Source: Haplodiscus bocki
Lineage: Eukaryota
Reading direction: 5' to 3'
NCBI GenBank assembly: GCA_965655095.1
Contig: OZ296652.1
Location: forward strand, 2,232,001-2,296,000
Length of the DNA: 64,000 nucleotides
The notes beneath the pieces are model-generated. The model had not been told where the DNA came from. It did no database searches and saw only the letters and a list, made by a program, of their open reading frames with translations. Positions 38,530-51,699 of this stretch are shown piece after piece. Made by a program: the position numbers and the translations under genes. Every line of letters starts with the position of its first letter. Within the stretch, counting starts at the first letter, position 1.

Positions 38530-39200
38530 GAACACTTGCAGAGTAGAGAAAATTTGTGTTTTCATTGTCCAAATTTTTCGACTGTTTCAGCTAGTCCGGG
38601 ATATGAAAATTTGAGGGAATGGATCCGGTGTTTGTCCAGTAACGTAATTGATCATCTGCGTGTGGCAACAAGTCAATCAATAAATGACCTAAAGGAACAG
38701 ATGTTGCGTGTCAATACCAGTCGACTAACTCTGATCTGAGTCCCAATTTTGCACTAAGCGACTTGCATCACATCACGGAGAGACTTGAACAGAACAGTGC
38801 GCCTGTTCTGGAGATCAACGTCTCGCCTAAGTTTGCTTTGATGAAGCAAGTTGTGCTTAATATAAATAGTACTCGATCGACAATGTCTGCCAGCAGTAGC
38901 AAAATAAACAAATGCTTTAGAGTTGCAAATCTCTTCACATGAATTGTCGAAGATTAACAAGTATTTTGTACCGTTGTTTTTGAACGAACCTAAAAATTTC
39001 AAATTTTAGACTTTGAACAAAGTGGAGATTTTCATTTTATTTTTGCATAAAATAATAAAGTGGCTTGGAGTGTTGATAAAAAAAGTAAGTTTTTTCAAAT
39101 TTTGGTTAAAAGGTTCCATTTTCGAGCCAGTTGTAAGTAAATTGCGACTTTCCCATCTCGAAGGGACCTACCAATGATTTAAAGACGCCATTTTTTTGTA
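38530..39200 (-). pseudogene. FtsK/HerA-type DNA packaging ATPase remnant, element B
   Basis: Walker A-like LVGPFEMGKSQ near 39150, Walker B LLIFDNS and ATAGRH. Confidence 0.8.
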
Positions 39201-39549
39201 AAAATTACCTTTTTAATAGTCTTGGTGAGGGTAAAATCTAAACCGCTGCACTACACAGAATTCTCACCCAAACAGTAGATTCGTCACAAATTTTTGAAAA
39301 ATGACTGTTCCAAAAGCAACCAAAGATAGTCAAAATCACAAAAAATTTGGACAAACACTATAAAACATAAGGAACAGTTTTGTCCCAAACCGGCCCACGG
39401 TTTTCTCTCTTGATTGTTGTCGTCAAAGACTTTTTTACATAAATTATTATCTTCTTCTTGATCAGTCAAGTCTCTTGTAGGCTCAAAGTTAAAATATTGA
39501 ACCTCGAAGAAAAAATTGAATCATTTTAAGAGCATTAATTTCGTAGATA

Positions 39550-40030
39550 ATGACAATACAATTCTTATTACAAACTTTACAACAATATATGCCGCTTTAT
39601 CCAGTAACCAAACAATTTCGCCTTGCGCTCTGCTCAGCGAAGTGTCCTCCTGTGTCTGAATGGGTAACTAAAGCTAATTCAAATTTCTTCATCAACCAGA
39701 TCTTGAACTTTGGGACAGTCATGATTTTCCAAAGTTTCCACACATTTATCGAATAAATTACCAAGAGTTTTGCATCTTTTTGTTCATTTTGCAAAGTATT
39801 CACCCTTAACAGCTCCAAAAAGAATGAATGCGAGCTCACTGTAATCCAATTGTCCACTGCTCCATACATTTCCGTGCAAGTTTCTTGTACACCAGAACGC
39901 TTGTTTTGTGGATTTGAAGTTTTTTGGAGGACAAATTGAGTATCCCTGAAGTTTGCCATCCCACATCCTTTTTAATGATTTCATCTGCCAGCTCAATGTC
40001 TAGTACAATACATGAGATACTTCTTCAAAG
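39550..40030 (-). pseudogene. DEDD/DnaQ-like exonuclease remnant, element B
   Basis: CIVLDIELAD...WCTRNLHGNVWSSG. Homologue at 49000-49410. Confidence 0.55.
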
Positions 40031-40744
40031 TTCAACAGAGCTGAAAAAAAGAAGGCAGAAACAGTTTTAAGTAAAGGCAACAGAGTAGTCGGGTCACGTG
40101 ACCGAGCAAAAATTAATTCAGTCCTCCCCCAATGATGTAGTAATAGTCAAACCTTTCACCACTGTGTGCCCGCACAGCTCCAGCAGCATCATGTGGTGTG
40201 AATACTTTGCGTGTAGTAAGAATATATTAAAAAGACGAATTAAAAACTCCAAGCACGAGTCACCAGAACCAATGAATCCATCAAACTTTACATTTTGGTC
40301 CCTCTAACGTAAAGAAAGTCTAGATTCTCAACAGAAACATGCACTTAAAAAAACTTTTTGCGAGCACTTTTGTGATCAAAGGAAAATGTTAATCCCGGAT
40401 ACAAACAGAAAACGGTCATTAGAGAGACAACACCTTCTTGACGATGTTCAATTTAATCATGAACAGCTTTTTCATGCAGTACAATGCACTGCTTGAAAAA
40501 TACGATAGATTCTCTTAGAAATATGCTTTTCTTATTCTGTGATTTTTAGTTCTTTTTCCGAATCTTTCAGGTATATGTTGCATCGGTAGCGGTATACGAT
40601 AATATTCAACTCGTCTGAATCTGTCTGGTTGTTTACACATACTTTTCTCCTACCGTTGTGTTTTTTTTTCATTTCAGAGGATACATTTCGTTTTTTGAGT
40701 AAATTTTTTCAATACTTGGCAGTTGTTGATTTTTTCTACTAGAT

Positions 40745-41200
40745 TTAATGCAGGTTTTTTTGGCAGAACTTCTGGGTTTTGTAAGCACAAAATGATAAAT
40801 GATACCGCAGTAGAGTCACACAAATTTTTCTGTTTGCTCGGTCCACAACGTCAACTACCTTGTGAGCCAATTTGAGTTGTTCATCCATGTCCATGGACAT
40901 TGTAGGTAACAGCACTGGGGACAAGTTTTCCTCTTTAGCATAGTTTTTTCCTGCAATGATGAGCTGATTCCTCAATCGCATAAACTGGTTGAAATCTGCC
41001 TCTCCCATTGTAAAATTTTGGACCAGTAGGAACTCTTTGTTGTCATCTTTCTTGAAAACACTGAGTTTTACATCCAAGTAGTTGGCATCATTTTTGGACC
41101 AAGGATCATTTTTGGTCCAAATCTGTCTTGACATTTGCCAAAATCCACATAGTCAGTACAAGTTAGCTTTTCCAAGGAAGCAGTAGTTTGGTAAGCCATG
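40745..41200 (-). pseudogene. Conserved Polinton ORF, possibly PC4-like ssDNA-binding
   Basis: YLDVKLSVFKKDDNKEF...MGEADFNQFMRLRNQL suggests a strand-strand-helix pattern. The function is inferred. Confidence 0.4.
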
Positions 41201-42374
41201 GGTGAACGAGATAGAATGCTGGTACCTGAAAGAGGTGATATATGTTTTTGTGAATGAAAGTTAAAGAATGAGTTTGAAGCAGCAATTCGTTACCTATATA
41301 CGCTTCTTTTTGGCCATTATCGCGTGACATTTCCATATAAGGCGATTCTTTTCTTTTGCGGTCATTGTCACGCGACATTTTCCTATGAGGAGGTTCTTTC
41401 AGTTTTTGGTCAAGGTTACGTGACTTTTTGAAATATGGAACCTCTTTCTTTTTTTGATAGGTTTCTACAAAAAGTAATAGTCTCTTGTTTTCCAGATTCA
41501 TTTGTTGAGAAAACGACTCAACAATCAGATGGCAGCAGTGATGTTAGAAGAGATTCCCAACTTCTATATAAAATTATCAAGAAACAGTCTTTTTAATTCC
41601 GCATACACTTATGCAAATTGCTTCTGAGAAAGGAATACTGTATTGCCCGCCACGATGGCAAGATGTGCTTCCTACCCAGTTGCAGATATCACACTATACT
41701 GATAGGCGACATTAAATAGTTGATACAGAAATTGGATGCATTCTGTTGAAACTACCAAGACGTGGATTGTGTGTATACACTTTTCAAGTACGACTCAGTG
41801 TCAAACTTATTGTCAAGAGTGGAAACAATATTGATAATGTGCAGAGCTCAGTTCAATTTAACCAACAAAATAGAGGAGTGGACAGAATGCCCAGCATCGC
41901 GAAAACGAGACCCTTGAGGAAAAAGTACAAGAAATACTTGTTGATCTCCTTCCAAACGACTAAATCGACGCAAACTAGTGGATCAGTCTTTGCAGACAGA
42001 ATTGAACAAGTTAAAAAGACTAAATTCGATTTAGAACTGATAAAAGCTTTAGATTGTTTTTTACATGGTCTTGGTAATTATATTAGTTTTTTGGTGTCTT
42101 TTAACATAAAATTTTTGTACACTATCGATTTTGTGAATTCCAAAGAGATATGTAAAAGTCAATTGGTATTGAAAATAATATAGTCAGTACACCCATCAAG
42201 CACTCAATTGCCATGAAGGACGCATTAACTGAAAAGATAGTACCAAATGTGAGACAAACACATGCCACACACTCCTAAAAACTTTTTTGCCACGGGCCCT
42301 TGTTATTTTCCAGCAAATTATTCTTTGATGTTGGTGATAAATTGATAATATATCAGCAAGAATCTGACAAAACG

Positions 42375-42870
42375 GTTTAAAAAGCATGATTTTGAATGAG
42401 AAATTCTACAACGTGTGAAAATTTGAATTGAAAAAAACACAACCCTATAAATTTTGAATTCAGGAAAAAAACAACGCGTTAGATTTGGAATCTGAACATT
42501 ATACAACGAGTTAAATTTTGAAGGTAAAAAAAAACAGCGCGTTAGACTTTGAACCTAAAAAAAGACGACGCATTAGGTTTTGAATTTAAAATTTTCCGAC
42601 AAACCAGATTTTGAAAAAATGTTTCCATTCGAGAAGTCAAGTTTTAGTTTACTTTACTCCGTGAAAACGACAGCTTGTACATTTTTTGTTCTTTTTTAAA
42701 AAAGCATGATTTTGAAATAAAAATTTTGCAACGTGTCGGAATTTGAATTTAAAAAAACACACAACGCGTTAGATTTTGAACTAAACATTTTCGTCACGTC
42801 AGACTTTGAACTAGAGTTTTTACAACGTGTCCGATTTTGAATTGAAGAAGTTCGCATCGTCAGATTTTCC
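42375..42870. repeat. Degenerate ~31-bp tandem array (core ACAACGCGTTAGATTTTGAA), roughly 14 copies
   Basis: Repeated core is directly visible. A related array lies at 57215-57450. Confidence 0.85.
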
Positions 42871-43239
42871 TTCAAACAATTTTGATCTTTTTTACTCTTT
42901 TAATCTAGTTCTACCACATGGACATTTCACATCGTTTTCCTTTATATAACAATGTGCAATTTTGATCCACAAAATCTTCGTCAACTAGACAAAAGCAATC
43001 GCCACCGTTCAAACAAACTTCCTTCACTCTTTTTTGCAAGGACCTTGACATTTGATTTCTAAATGAGGTCCCCCTTTAATCTCTGTATGGGCTTGATGCA
43101 AGCAGAAAATTGCTGCCACTAGTAATACTATTCAAATCGACACTACAACTGCTTTTGTCCCGCACATGTCTGACTAGTTTTTTGAAAAGGTTATGATAAA
43201 ATGAAAAACGTTAATTATAGTTTGTATTAAGAGATACAC

Positions 43240-45420
43240 ATGTTGAAACTTAGTGAAACACATTTCTATAAACGTATTCAGGAACATTTTCCATTCTTTT
43301 TCCAAATGGACAAATTCTCAGCAATGCAAGAGGTCGTCTTGGTCTCTCAGAGACTGGTGTGGTTGGAGGAGGGTTCTCCTTGTCCTCCTCTTCATCGAGT
43401 AAAATGGGTCTTCCTGATGAACCTCCCATCTCCAAGTCATCAAACGCTTTTGTTGGGAAAGGGGTATCAATGCCCGGTCTAAAATCATTGTCTACACCCA
43501 GCTGATCATTTTCCCAGTAGAATTCAACATTGTCCAAATCAGACACTTCTTACCCGCTTGTGTCGAATCTTGTGCAACTACACTAGAGGAAACTTCGTCC
43601 CTCTTTTCTTGTGTTCCTTGCTGGTTAGGGGTAACTGGAACTCGCGCTTGATGGTTGTTCAAAAATTAATCTTTTTGAGACAACAACAAGCTCCAAAGTG
43701 CCAGAGGAATTTCTAGGGAACTTACTGTTCCCGTCCTGGACGGGATCTTTCACAGTCACAGTCACTGAATCTGGTACAAAAGCAAGAGACCACTCAATAC
43801 CGTCGTTGGAGACTGAGAAAATAATGTTGCTTTACTGTAGATTGAAAGTGTAGGAAACGAGAATGTAAATAAATTTTTGGTTAACTGCATCAAACGGGTT
43901 GGAGACACGATTTTGCCATAAAGGAATGTGTTTGCTTATTTCGGCTCAAGTTCGGTAGCGCTTGATTGTGATTGGCGGAGAAACGTCTTCAAAAATGGAG
44001 GGGGTGTTTTTCGTAGTGGCGACTAGTCTTTCTTGCAAAACAATGTGTAGTGACACAAACAAACAACATAATTGTCGGTTTTTGGTCCGTAAAAGGAGTA
44101 TTCAAAGCGTGATAGCAGGCTTTGCACTTTTTGCAGTCGTAGAAGCTGGACGTTTTATTGGTTGAAATGTATACACATTTTTCGTTTCTACAAGTTGGAC
44201 AAAACACATTTCCAGCAGTGTCTTGTACTTTGTTGTCCACACATAATTGTTTCATTCTATTTTTGGCTGATCAAAATGGGGCATTAAGTGAAAATTGTTT
44301 GTTGGGTACCAAGTTCATAATTTTTTAGCGAAGAAAAAGCGTGTTTTGTCTGTTTTTGTCGTCTTTACGTGCTCTTGTAACTTAAAAGGAACTTTGTGAA
44401 CAGACAACCAGGCTCCACACTTTCCACAACCATAAATGGATCTGGAAGTTGTTACATAACTGCCAAGCGATTCGCATTTCTTTCTGTTGGAACAATACTC
44501 TCCAGGACAATAGACATCTCCGATAACGTCGTCAACTGATTTTGGACTCTCTTCAAAAAAGTTAATTCCCTGGAGAAACTACAAGAAAAAGGAGTTTGTT
44601 TGATCTTCAAAAACGATATTACGCACCTCGCAAAGCGACGCGCATTGCGTACATTGATAATCACTTTTGCCGAGTTTTTGAAATACCTTTTTGTGCATGC
44701 AAAGTTTACCCGATCAAATTGTGTTTGGACAATACACGTCCTCAAGGAGAATAATAGTGGTTCTGTCATACCCAAAATCAGGGGTGAATGCGCTACACAT
44801 CGTTCTTGTTCTCGTTTATTTCACACTTGTTGTCAACGTAAAATCGAGGTATTTGTACCGATAGTGAGTTTCGCGACGATTCAAGTTGACTAATTCTGTA
44901 AGAATAAATTGATTGCCGTGTAGTTCAAACTTTTTGAAGGCAAATACGCAAGAATTGTTGTTTCCAAATTGGAACGAGAAGATGAGCTTGTCTATTTGGA
45001 TGTTCGATGATATTGTTATAATAATGAGCAAGCAGGTTGTTTTTTGACTTCGTATAACCAATCTCAACTTTGGGTTTTGATAAGGGAATCTGTATACACT
45101 TGCTAGCGTGATCAAAAGTTTGGAAAAAATAGGGCAGAGTGTGAATCAAAGAATTTATTTCTTTTTTGGAGATAATCACTTCTTTTCGACGGATATAACG
45201 CCATTGAGTCGCAAAACTCGGACAATTTGATTGCAGAGGTTGTTTTGTTGGAGCCTCTGCTAACACGTGATGTGAGATGCTGGGACTGGCAAATGTCAAA
45301 CTTTATGTGGTAAAAATAACTATCTATGTTTTTTCGGTCCAAAAATTCCTCTGGTAATTCTCCATAAAATGAATAAAGTTCGAGCAAACTGGGATTTTGT
45401 TTTTTGACAGACATCAACAA
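43240..45420 (-). pseudogene. Small conserved Polinton ORF cluster, element B
   Basis: ORFs 43250-43546, 43989-44255 (CPTC/CKKC) and 44816-45420. Homologous to 33000-34713. Confidence 0.65.
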
Positions 45421-45714
45421 TGTTTAGTCAGTAAATTTTGCAAAATGATTTTGTCGGTGGTGTAGCAGTAAAAACAATGCGGATTTCGAATTTTAACCAA
45501 TCAGATATAAATATTTCTTTTCGGATAGTTCGAAATGAAGTCGTGGTTTAGTGAATGAAAACTTTCACTGGTTCACTGGGTCACTGCAAGGACTTTTGTT
45601 GATAATTCCATGAATCGGAAGCTTTTGACCTCTACACTACACAATCTGTACAAAAAACAAAATTTGTTCCTTATATGGAGGTCTTCTTGATTGACAGTTG
45701 AGATCTGAGTAACG

Positions 45715-48150
45715 ATGTGTCAACCCATGCCCACCTGTCTTTTACCGCCTTGCGATATCGATTCGGAAACAAGACCTGTAGCTTTAAAAGAATGGTAATG
45801 TCCCATTTTTGACGAACAAGACCAAAATGTAAAATTGAGAGCTTCTACACTACAGGCAGATAAAAGAAAAATGACCGCTTTAGTGTTGATGGGTTTTTTT
45901 CTCATTGCAATACTGTGTTTGAAGCAATGCGTTGCTTTTATGACTTCTGTTCCTGTCGAGAGCTGCGTCCATCTCTCACTGGAGAAGACATCAAACGTGG
46001 CAGTAAGAGAAGAGAACTCGATGAATTGAGACGAGACTATATACAGGAGAAAGGTTTCACTGTCTTTGAAATGTGACAATGTGGATGGTGGAGACCTCAC
46101 AAGACAATTAATATTGTCACAAAACAAATCCCAGAAAACTTTCCCTATAGACGTTCACTTTCAGCTGAGCAGTTATTAGACAAAATAAAAAACGGAAAAA
46201 TACTTAGCTATGTTCAATGCGACATTGAAGCCCATTGAAATATAAGAGCAAATTTTGCTTACTTCCCTCCAATCATCAGGATCACTCTAGTTAGCAAGAA
46301 TGACATTGATGACTTAAAGAAAACTTATGCCAAAAAAGAAGGAACAATGTCTCGAACTAGGAAAAGGTTGATTTCAAGCTTTACTTTACAAAACGGTACA
46401 TTGATTACTCCGCAGCCTTCATTTTATTTTGAATTGGGTCTCGCTTGTACAGAATTAGACCACTTTGTTAAGCACACTGCAAGGAAGCGTTTCAACAGCT
46501 TCGTACAATAAGCAGTAGACGCCAGAAAACAAGGGGATGAAAATTCTAATTCAAGTGTCGTTATAGAAGCAACGAAAGCGCTAGCTAATAGCCCTATGGC
46601 TAACAAATTTTGGATCGCAGCCGATGAATACTTATTAAAAAAGCTAAACACGAAAAACGCATGATGCCATTAATCCAATAATAGTAAACTGTTCAAGAAA
46701 CGAAATCAAGTGAACAATGCATTAAATCATGTGGAACTCGCCAAAACAGAGATTGAACACTAAGAACCAGGTAATGTCGGGTTCTTTATTCTTCAATATG
46801 CAAAACTACGAAGGATGGAACTGTACTAGAACTTTTTTTAATATTCTGTGATGTGTGAATGGTGGAGATTTCTTAAGACAAGCAATAAAGTCAAAAAACA
46901 AAATCCAGAAAACTTTCCTTACAGACGTTCACTTGCAGCTGGGCAACTATTAGAAGAAACAAGAAAAAGAAAGTTTTTGAAGCTAGGTTCAATTCGACAT
47001 TGAAGTACCCGAAAAATTCAGAGCAAACTTTGCTCACATCCTTCCATTATTCAAAAACACCTTAGTTTGCAAGAATGATATTGATGACCTGACGAAAACT
47101 CATGCCGAAAAAGAAGGAATAATGTCTCAACATCGGAAAAAGTTGATATCAAGTTTCCAATTACAAAATGGAACTCTGATTACCCATCTGCTGTTGTGCT
47201 ATCTTCAACTGGGGCTTGTTGTTACAAAAATACACTGATGTGTTGAGTATAATCCAAAGAAATGTTTCAACAGCTTTGTACTGTCAACAGCGGACGCAAG
47301 AAAACAAGTAGACGAGGTTTCCAATTCAGGTGTCGTTGCGGAGACAATGAAGCTGCTAGCTAATAGTTCCTACGGTTATCACATTATGGACCGCAGCCGA
47401 CACAAAATAACGCAATACATCGGTGACGAAAAAACACCGGCGGCTTTTGATGAAAAAACTGTTCAAAAAGCTAAAGTATGTGAACACTTCTTTGTATGAA
47501 GTTGATCTCGCCAAAGCAAAGATTGAACGCAAAGAGCCAATCCTTGTCGGGTTCTTCATTTTTCAATACGCAAAACTGCGAATGCTGGAGCTGTATTACA
47601 ACTTGTCCACCAAATTCTGTGATGTAAACCATTTCGGAGAGTTGGAAATGAACACTGATTCGTTGTATCCAGCTCTTGCCGTAAGTTTGTATTCAGACCT
47701 GAAATGAAAGCGGAAGGGCAGAGGTTGCGATCAATCGACTGTGTCGATAGTTTCATTGCTGATGCTGCAGCAAATTTTTCCCCCAAACTTCTTGTATAAA
47801 AACAAACGACATGATAACAGAGAGCCTGGCCTCTTCAAAGAAGAGCTCAGCTGTATGGAGATGTTATGTCTGTGTAGTAAGACGTACTTTTGCTATAACG
47901 TCATCTCTAAAAAACTTAAATTTAGCACTAAATGTCTCAACAAACGTGTACTGGATTAGAAGGCGGACGGGCCACTGGAGAAGTATCGTCGAATCTTGAA
48001 CGAGAAGGTAAATGTCCCTCCGGACAAAAGAGGATTCCGAACAATCAATCACTCTGTTGCCACCTTTTAAAAAATTAAGAAGCATCTGACCTGTTTTTAA
48101 CCAAAGCGAAGAGTCGAGAGTGATGGAATTCACAATCAACTACTTAAGTT
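45715..48150 (+). pseudogene. pPolB remnant, element B; N-terminal part largely deleted, internal ~780-bp duplication
   Basis: KLLANSSYGY near 47350, LEMNTDSLY, REPGLFKEE and LCSKTY. Confidence 0.9.
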
Positions 48151-48249
48151 GTAAGGTATACACTCATTATAATTTTTGTTCAGTTATTACACTCTTACTA
48201 ACTTTTAAAAGATCAATACAAACGTTTTAGATAGCAATAAGTCATAACA

Positions 48250-48993
48250 GGATCCGCACGTGTGAAAAAACATCCGGACGCAAAAAAGAACATCCGCACG
48301 CGTAATTAAAACTCAGCACGCGTGAAAAATTTTCCGCACGCTTAATAAAAATGCAGGTCCACAAAAAGTCAGATGATCTCCAAATAATGAAAGATTAGAA
48401 CCGTTGTAGACCCCACATATGCAAAGGACCCCTGCACTAGTTAAGGGCATTACCTAGCTTAATACACTGCCGAACTATACCCTATCTTAATGCATTACCA
48501 AACTAGACCCTATCTTCATACAATACCAAACTATACCCTATCTTAATACATTGCCGAACCATACCCCATCCTAATACATTACCGAATTTCACTCTGTCTT
48601 AATACATTGACAAACCATACCCTATCTTAATACATTGCCGAACTATACTTTATCCTAATAACTTGCCAAACTATACCCTAGCTTAATACATTGCCGAACA
48701 CTACCCTATCTTAGTCGATTGCTGAACCAAACCCTATCTTAATACAATGCCGAAGTAAACGCTATCTTAAAACATTGAACCGAATACACTCGGATTTGGC
48801 TCTCGGCAGCCAACCAACTTCAAATGTTATGTTAGCCGAAATGGCAGCCAATCAGAATCATGTATTACGTCACCCAAGAGCTCTCGGCTATGGTGGGAGA
48901 CCCTTGTTGGCTCTCGGCTCCACTCGGCTCGCTATAGCCCATCTTAGTACATAGGGTCTCCCAAAACCCGTCTTATCTCCTCACTACTCTACT
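48250..48993. repeat. Terminal repeat of element B, with ~21-bp CCGCACGCGT repeats (48250-48350) and a 28-bp array of about 12 copies (48458-48790)
   Basis: Unit CTTAATACATTGCCGAACTATACCCTAT. Reverse-complement homologue at 62573-63400. Confidence 0.85.
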
Positions 48994-48999
48994 GCTATT

Positions 49000-49410
49000 A
49001 TGTCCTGCTTTGTATCAGATTTTATGCTAGCAGACAAGAATGTTATTAAGGAGTTGGATGTTTTTCATAAATGGGAATGTTCAGAGTTACTCTTTTTGTC
49101 CACCAAAAAAGGACAAATCAACAAAACATGTTTTATGGTGTACGAGAAATTTGCATGCTGTTGTGTCGAGCAGTGGCAGTTTGAATTACAATGGGCTCCA
49201 AAATGTTCAATCAAAAGTTTTCTAGGCTGAAGATTTTGAAAATAGAACAAAAAATACAAGCTCTTGAGTAATTCAATAAATAAAGAAATATAGATGTCGA
49301 GAACATGGATGATTTGCTCCAGCTAAGCTTTCTGACACAAAAATGCACTTCACTGTGCAGAACGAAAGGCGAATTGTTTGATGAATGGCCAATGCAGCCC
49401 TTGGAGTCGT
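49000..49410 (+). pseudogene. DEDD-like exonuclease remnant, element A
   Basis: CFVSDFMLADKNVIKEL and WCTRNLHAVVSSSG. Confidence 0.55.
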
Positions 49411-49779
49411 AATTTTTGTTTTGTATTATGTATTATTTGTGTCTACGTAAAAAAAACAATTTGAACTGTTCCATTTTTCTCCAATAATCAGTATGGCGCA
49501 ATTGAGCGTAGAAACTAGATGACTGATCACGAAGATAAAATCAACCTAAGCGAGGTTATGTTTGACGCCAACAATCAAGAGAGAAAATCGTTGGCTTCTT
49601 TGCGATAAACCTGTTTAGATCTCTGATTGTATTTTTTTTCCAACTTTTGTAATCTTGTTGATTGTGTTTGGTAACTTTTCTCTTTGAGAAATTTAATCTT
49701 TCAAAAACGTCTGACGAGTCAAATCTTTGGGTGGGTTTCTCCTGTATTGCAGCAGGATACATTTTATCTTTGCCAAGAG

Positions 49780-50470
49780 TATGAAGAAGTTATAATCTAC
49801 AGAAACTCGCTTGTTAATATCATTGGTAGGTCATTCGGAGACGGGCTAGTCACAACCTATTTACAATTGGATCAAATTTTGAACTTTTCAACCAAAATCT
49901 TTTCAACCAAAAAATCATACTTTCCAACCAAAACTCACTTTTTCATCAACATTGCCGTCCACCTTACGGTGTTATGCAAAAAGAAATTGAAATCTCGAGG
50001 TTGTTTAAGGTGTAAACTTCGAAGTTTTTGATTCACTAAAACGCAACGGTGCCAAGAATTTGTAAGCCTTTGATGATTCTTGTGAAAAAATCTGCATTTC
50101 AAAAGCTTTTCTGTATTTGCCCCCATCGCTGGAAAACATTGCCGACTGAGTACTATTTACATTAAGCAAAAATTGTTTCGTCAAAACAAACTAGGGCGAG
50201 ATGCTGAAGTCCAAAATACTCACATGGTGCTCTTCAAATCTCCCCGTGATGTGATGCAAGTCAGTACGCTCAGTGCAGAAATTCGTCTCGGACCAAAGCT
50301 AGTTGACTGGGGTTGAGACACAAAGTCCATTCCCTACTGTCATTTATTGGTCAATTTTTCGCCGCGTACAGACAATAGATTACACTTTTGTACAAACAGT
50401 GGATCCGTTGAATCGAAACTTTTTGTACCCGACCGGTTGAAACATTTATAGTCTTTGGACGATGAACACA
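49780..50470 (+). pseudogene. Packaging ATPase remnant, element A
   Basis: AGKHCRLSTIYIKQ and QNTHMVLFKSPRDVMQV. Homologous to 38530-39200. Confidence 0.7.
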
Positions 50471-51199
50471 CAAAAACTCGCTACCCTCGAAGTGTTCCAA
50501 TCTTTTCCCTCCAAATGCAAATTTTTTTTCTTGTCCAAAAGCGTTTATCCCGTTTCTCAGCAAACGCATATCAAATCTGCTCAACGGAAACCTGCAAACC
50601 ATGCATAGAAAGACATCACGTAGCAAAATTCCAAAGCAAAGTTCAGTTGTTATCTCTAAAGGCGCAACTTGAAAGCAAGGAAGAGACGTTTTGGCGTGCA
50701 AAAAAGGCCCTTATCTTAAGAAAGTAATTACTACTGCCGTCATTCGTCATTAGTCGTTTGTTTTGATATCGAGCAGCTTTTTCTTGTCCCTGTTTCTGTG
50801 TACAAAAACAAGAGTTTGAATACGCAGTCAGTTACAAAGCAGTAACTGCCAAAATAACAATTCGACCAAAATCCCACGAACCAAATTGACTCGTTAAAAA
50901 ACGAAAGTAACGAAAAATTGTTCTTCAAAGCAGACTCTTTGGTCGACAACTTTTGTCTTGTTTACATATCAGGCTCTCGAATTCGCAGACTATCCTATAA
51001 TATGGTGTAGAAACTGGAGTGTTGTTGTCGGATTTTACTCAACAACTGCGTCGAAAATACGCTGTTGTCCTTGACATTTACTTTAATTTCTTTGATGCTG
51101 CTGGAACAATTCCAACTTTGGTTCTGAATGAGAATGCCAAAACCAACGAAAGGGGCAGCTGGGTCCCTTCCAATGTCTGAATGTTAGAGGCTGCAAAGA

Positions 51200-51690
51200 T
51201 TGTACACGCAGGGTGGTGCTGCTTATGGTTCTCCGCGCAATTTAGAAAAAGCTAGCAATCTACCGGTATCGAAGTGAGGAAATTTTTATAATCAAAGAAT
51301 TCGTACACAAACTTTACCTTGGCCAAACGAAAATTTGAGAGATTGAAGGCTTTCGCTAGGTTCAAAACTGAATTTTGGTGTATGGATCTTGCTTCTGTTG
51401 ATGAAGTGGTAAAAAAAATCTGAGTATAGGTTTTCTCAGTTCGCCAAGACTTGTTCGGTCGAACAGTAAATGCAAAGGTCACGAAAACAACAGAGTCCAA
51501 AGAAACTGTAAGAGCGTTCTCAACTATGATCACAAAAAATATCGTCTCACAAAAAATTGGGTTGACAAACGGACAGAGTTTGTTGGAGAGTTTAAAAACT
51601 TTTAAACTACTCGAGGAATACAAATATATTCCACAATTAGTGAGACCAAGGCTTCATTTGCTGAAAGTACAATACCATCCCTGAAAAATG
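51200..51690 (+). pseudogene. Integrase remnant (3'-truncated), element A
   Basis: YTQGGAAYGS, FWCMDLA and DLFGRTVNAK. Confidence 0.75.
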
Positions 51691-51699
51691 TTTTTTACC

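Larger units (their letters stand above)
35100..48993. mobile_element. Polinton element B, inverted relative to A, left end truncated within hexon
   Basis: Leftward block hexon-core-penton-INT-ATPase-exonuclease, then a central array, small ORFs, rightward pPolB and a terminal repeat ending ...CACTACTCTACT. Confidence 0.8.
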
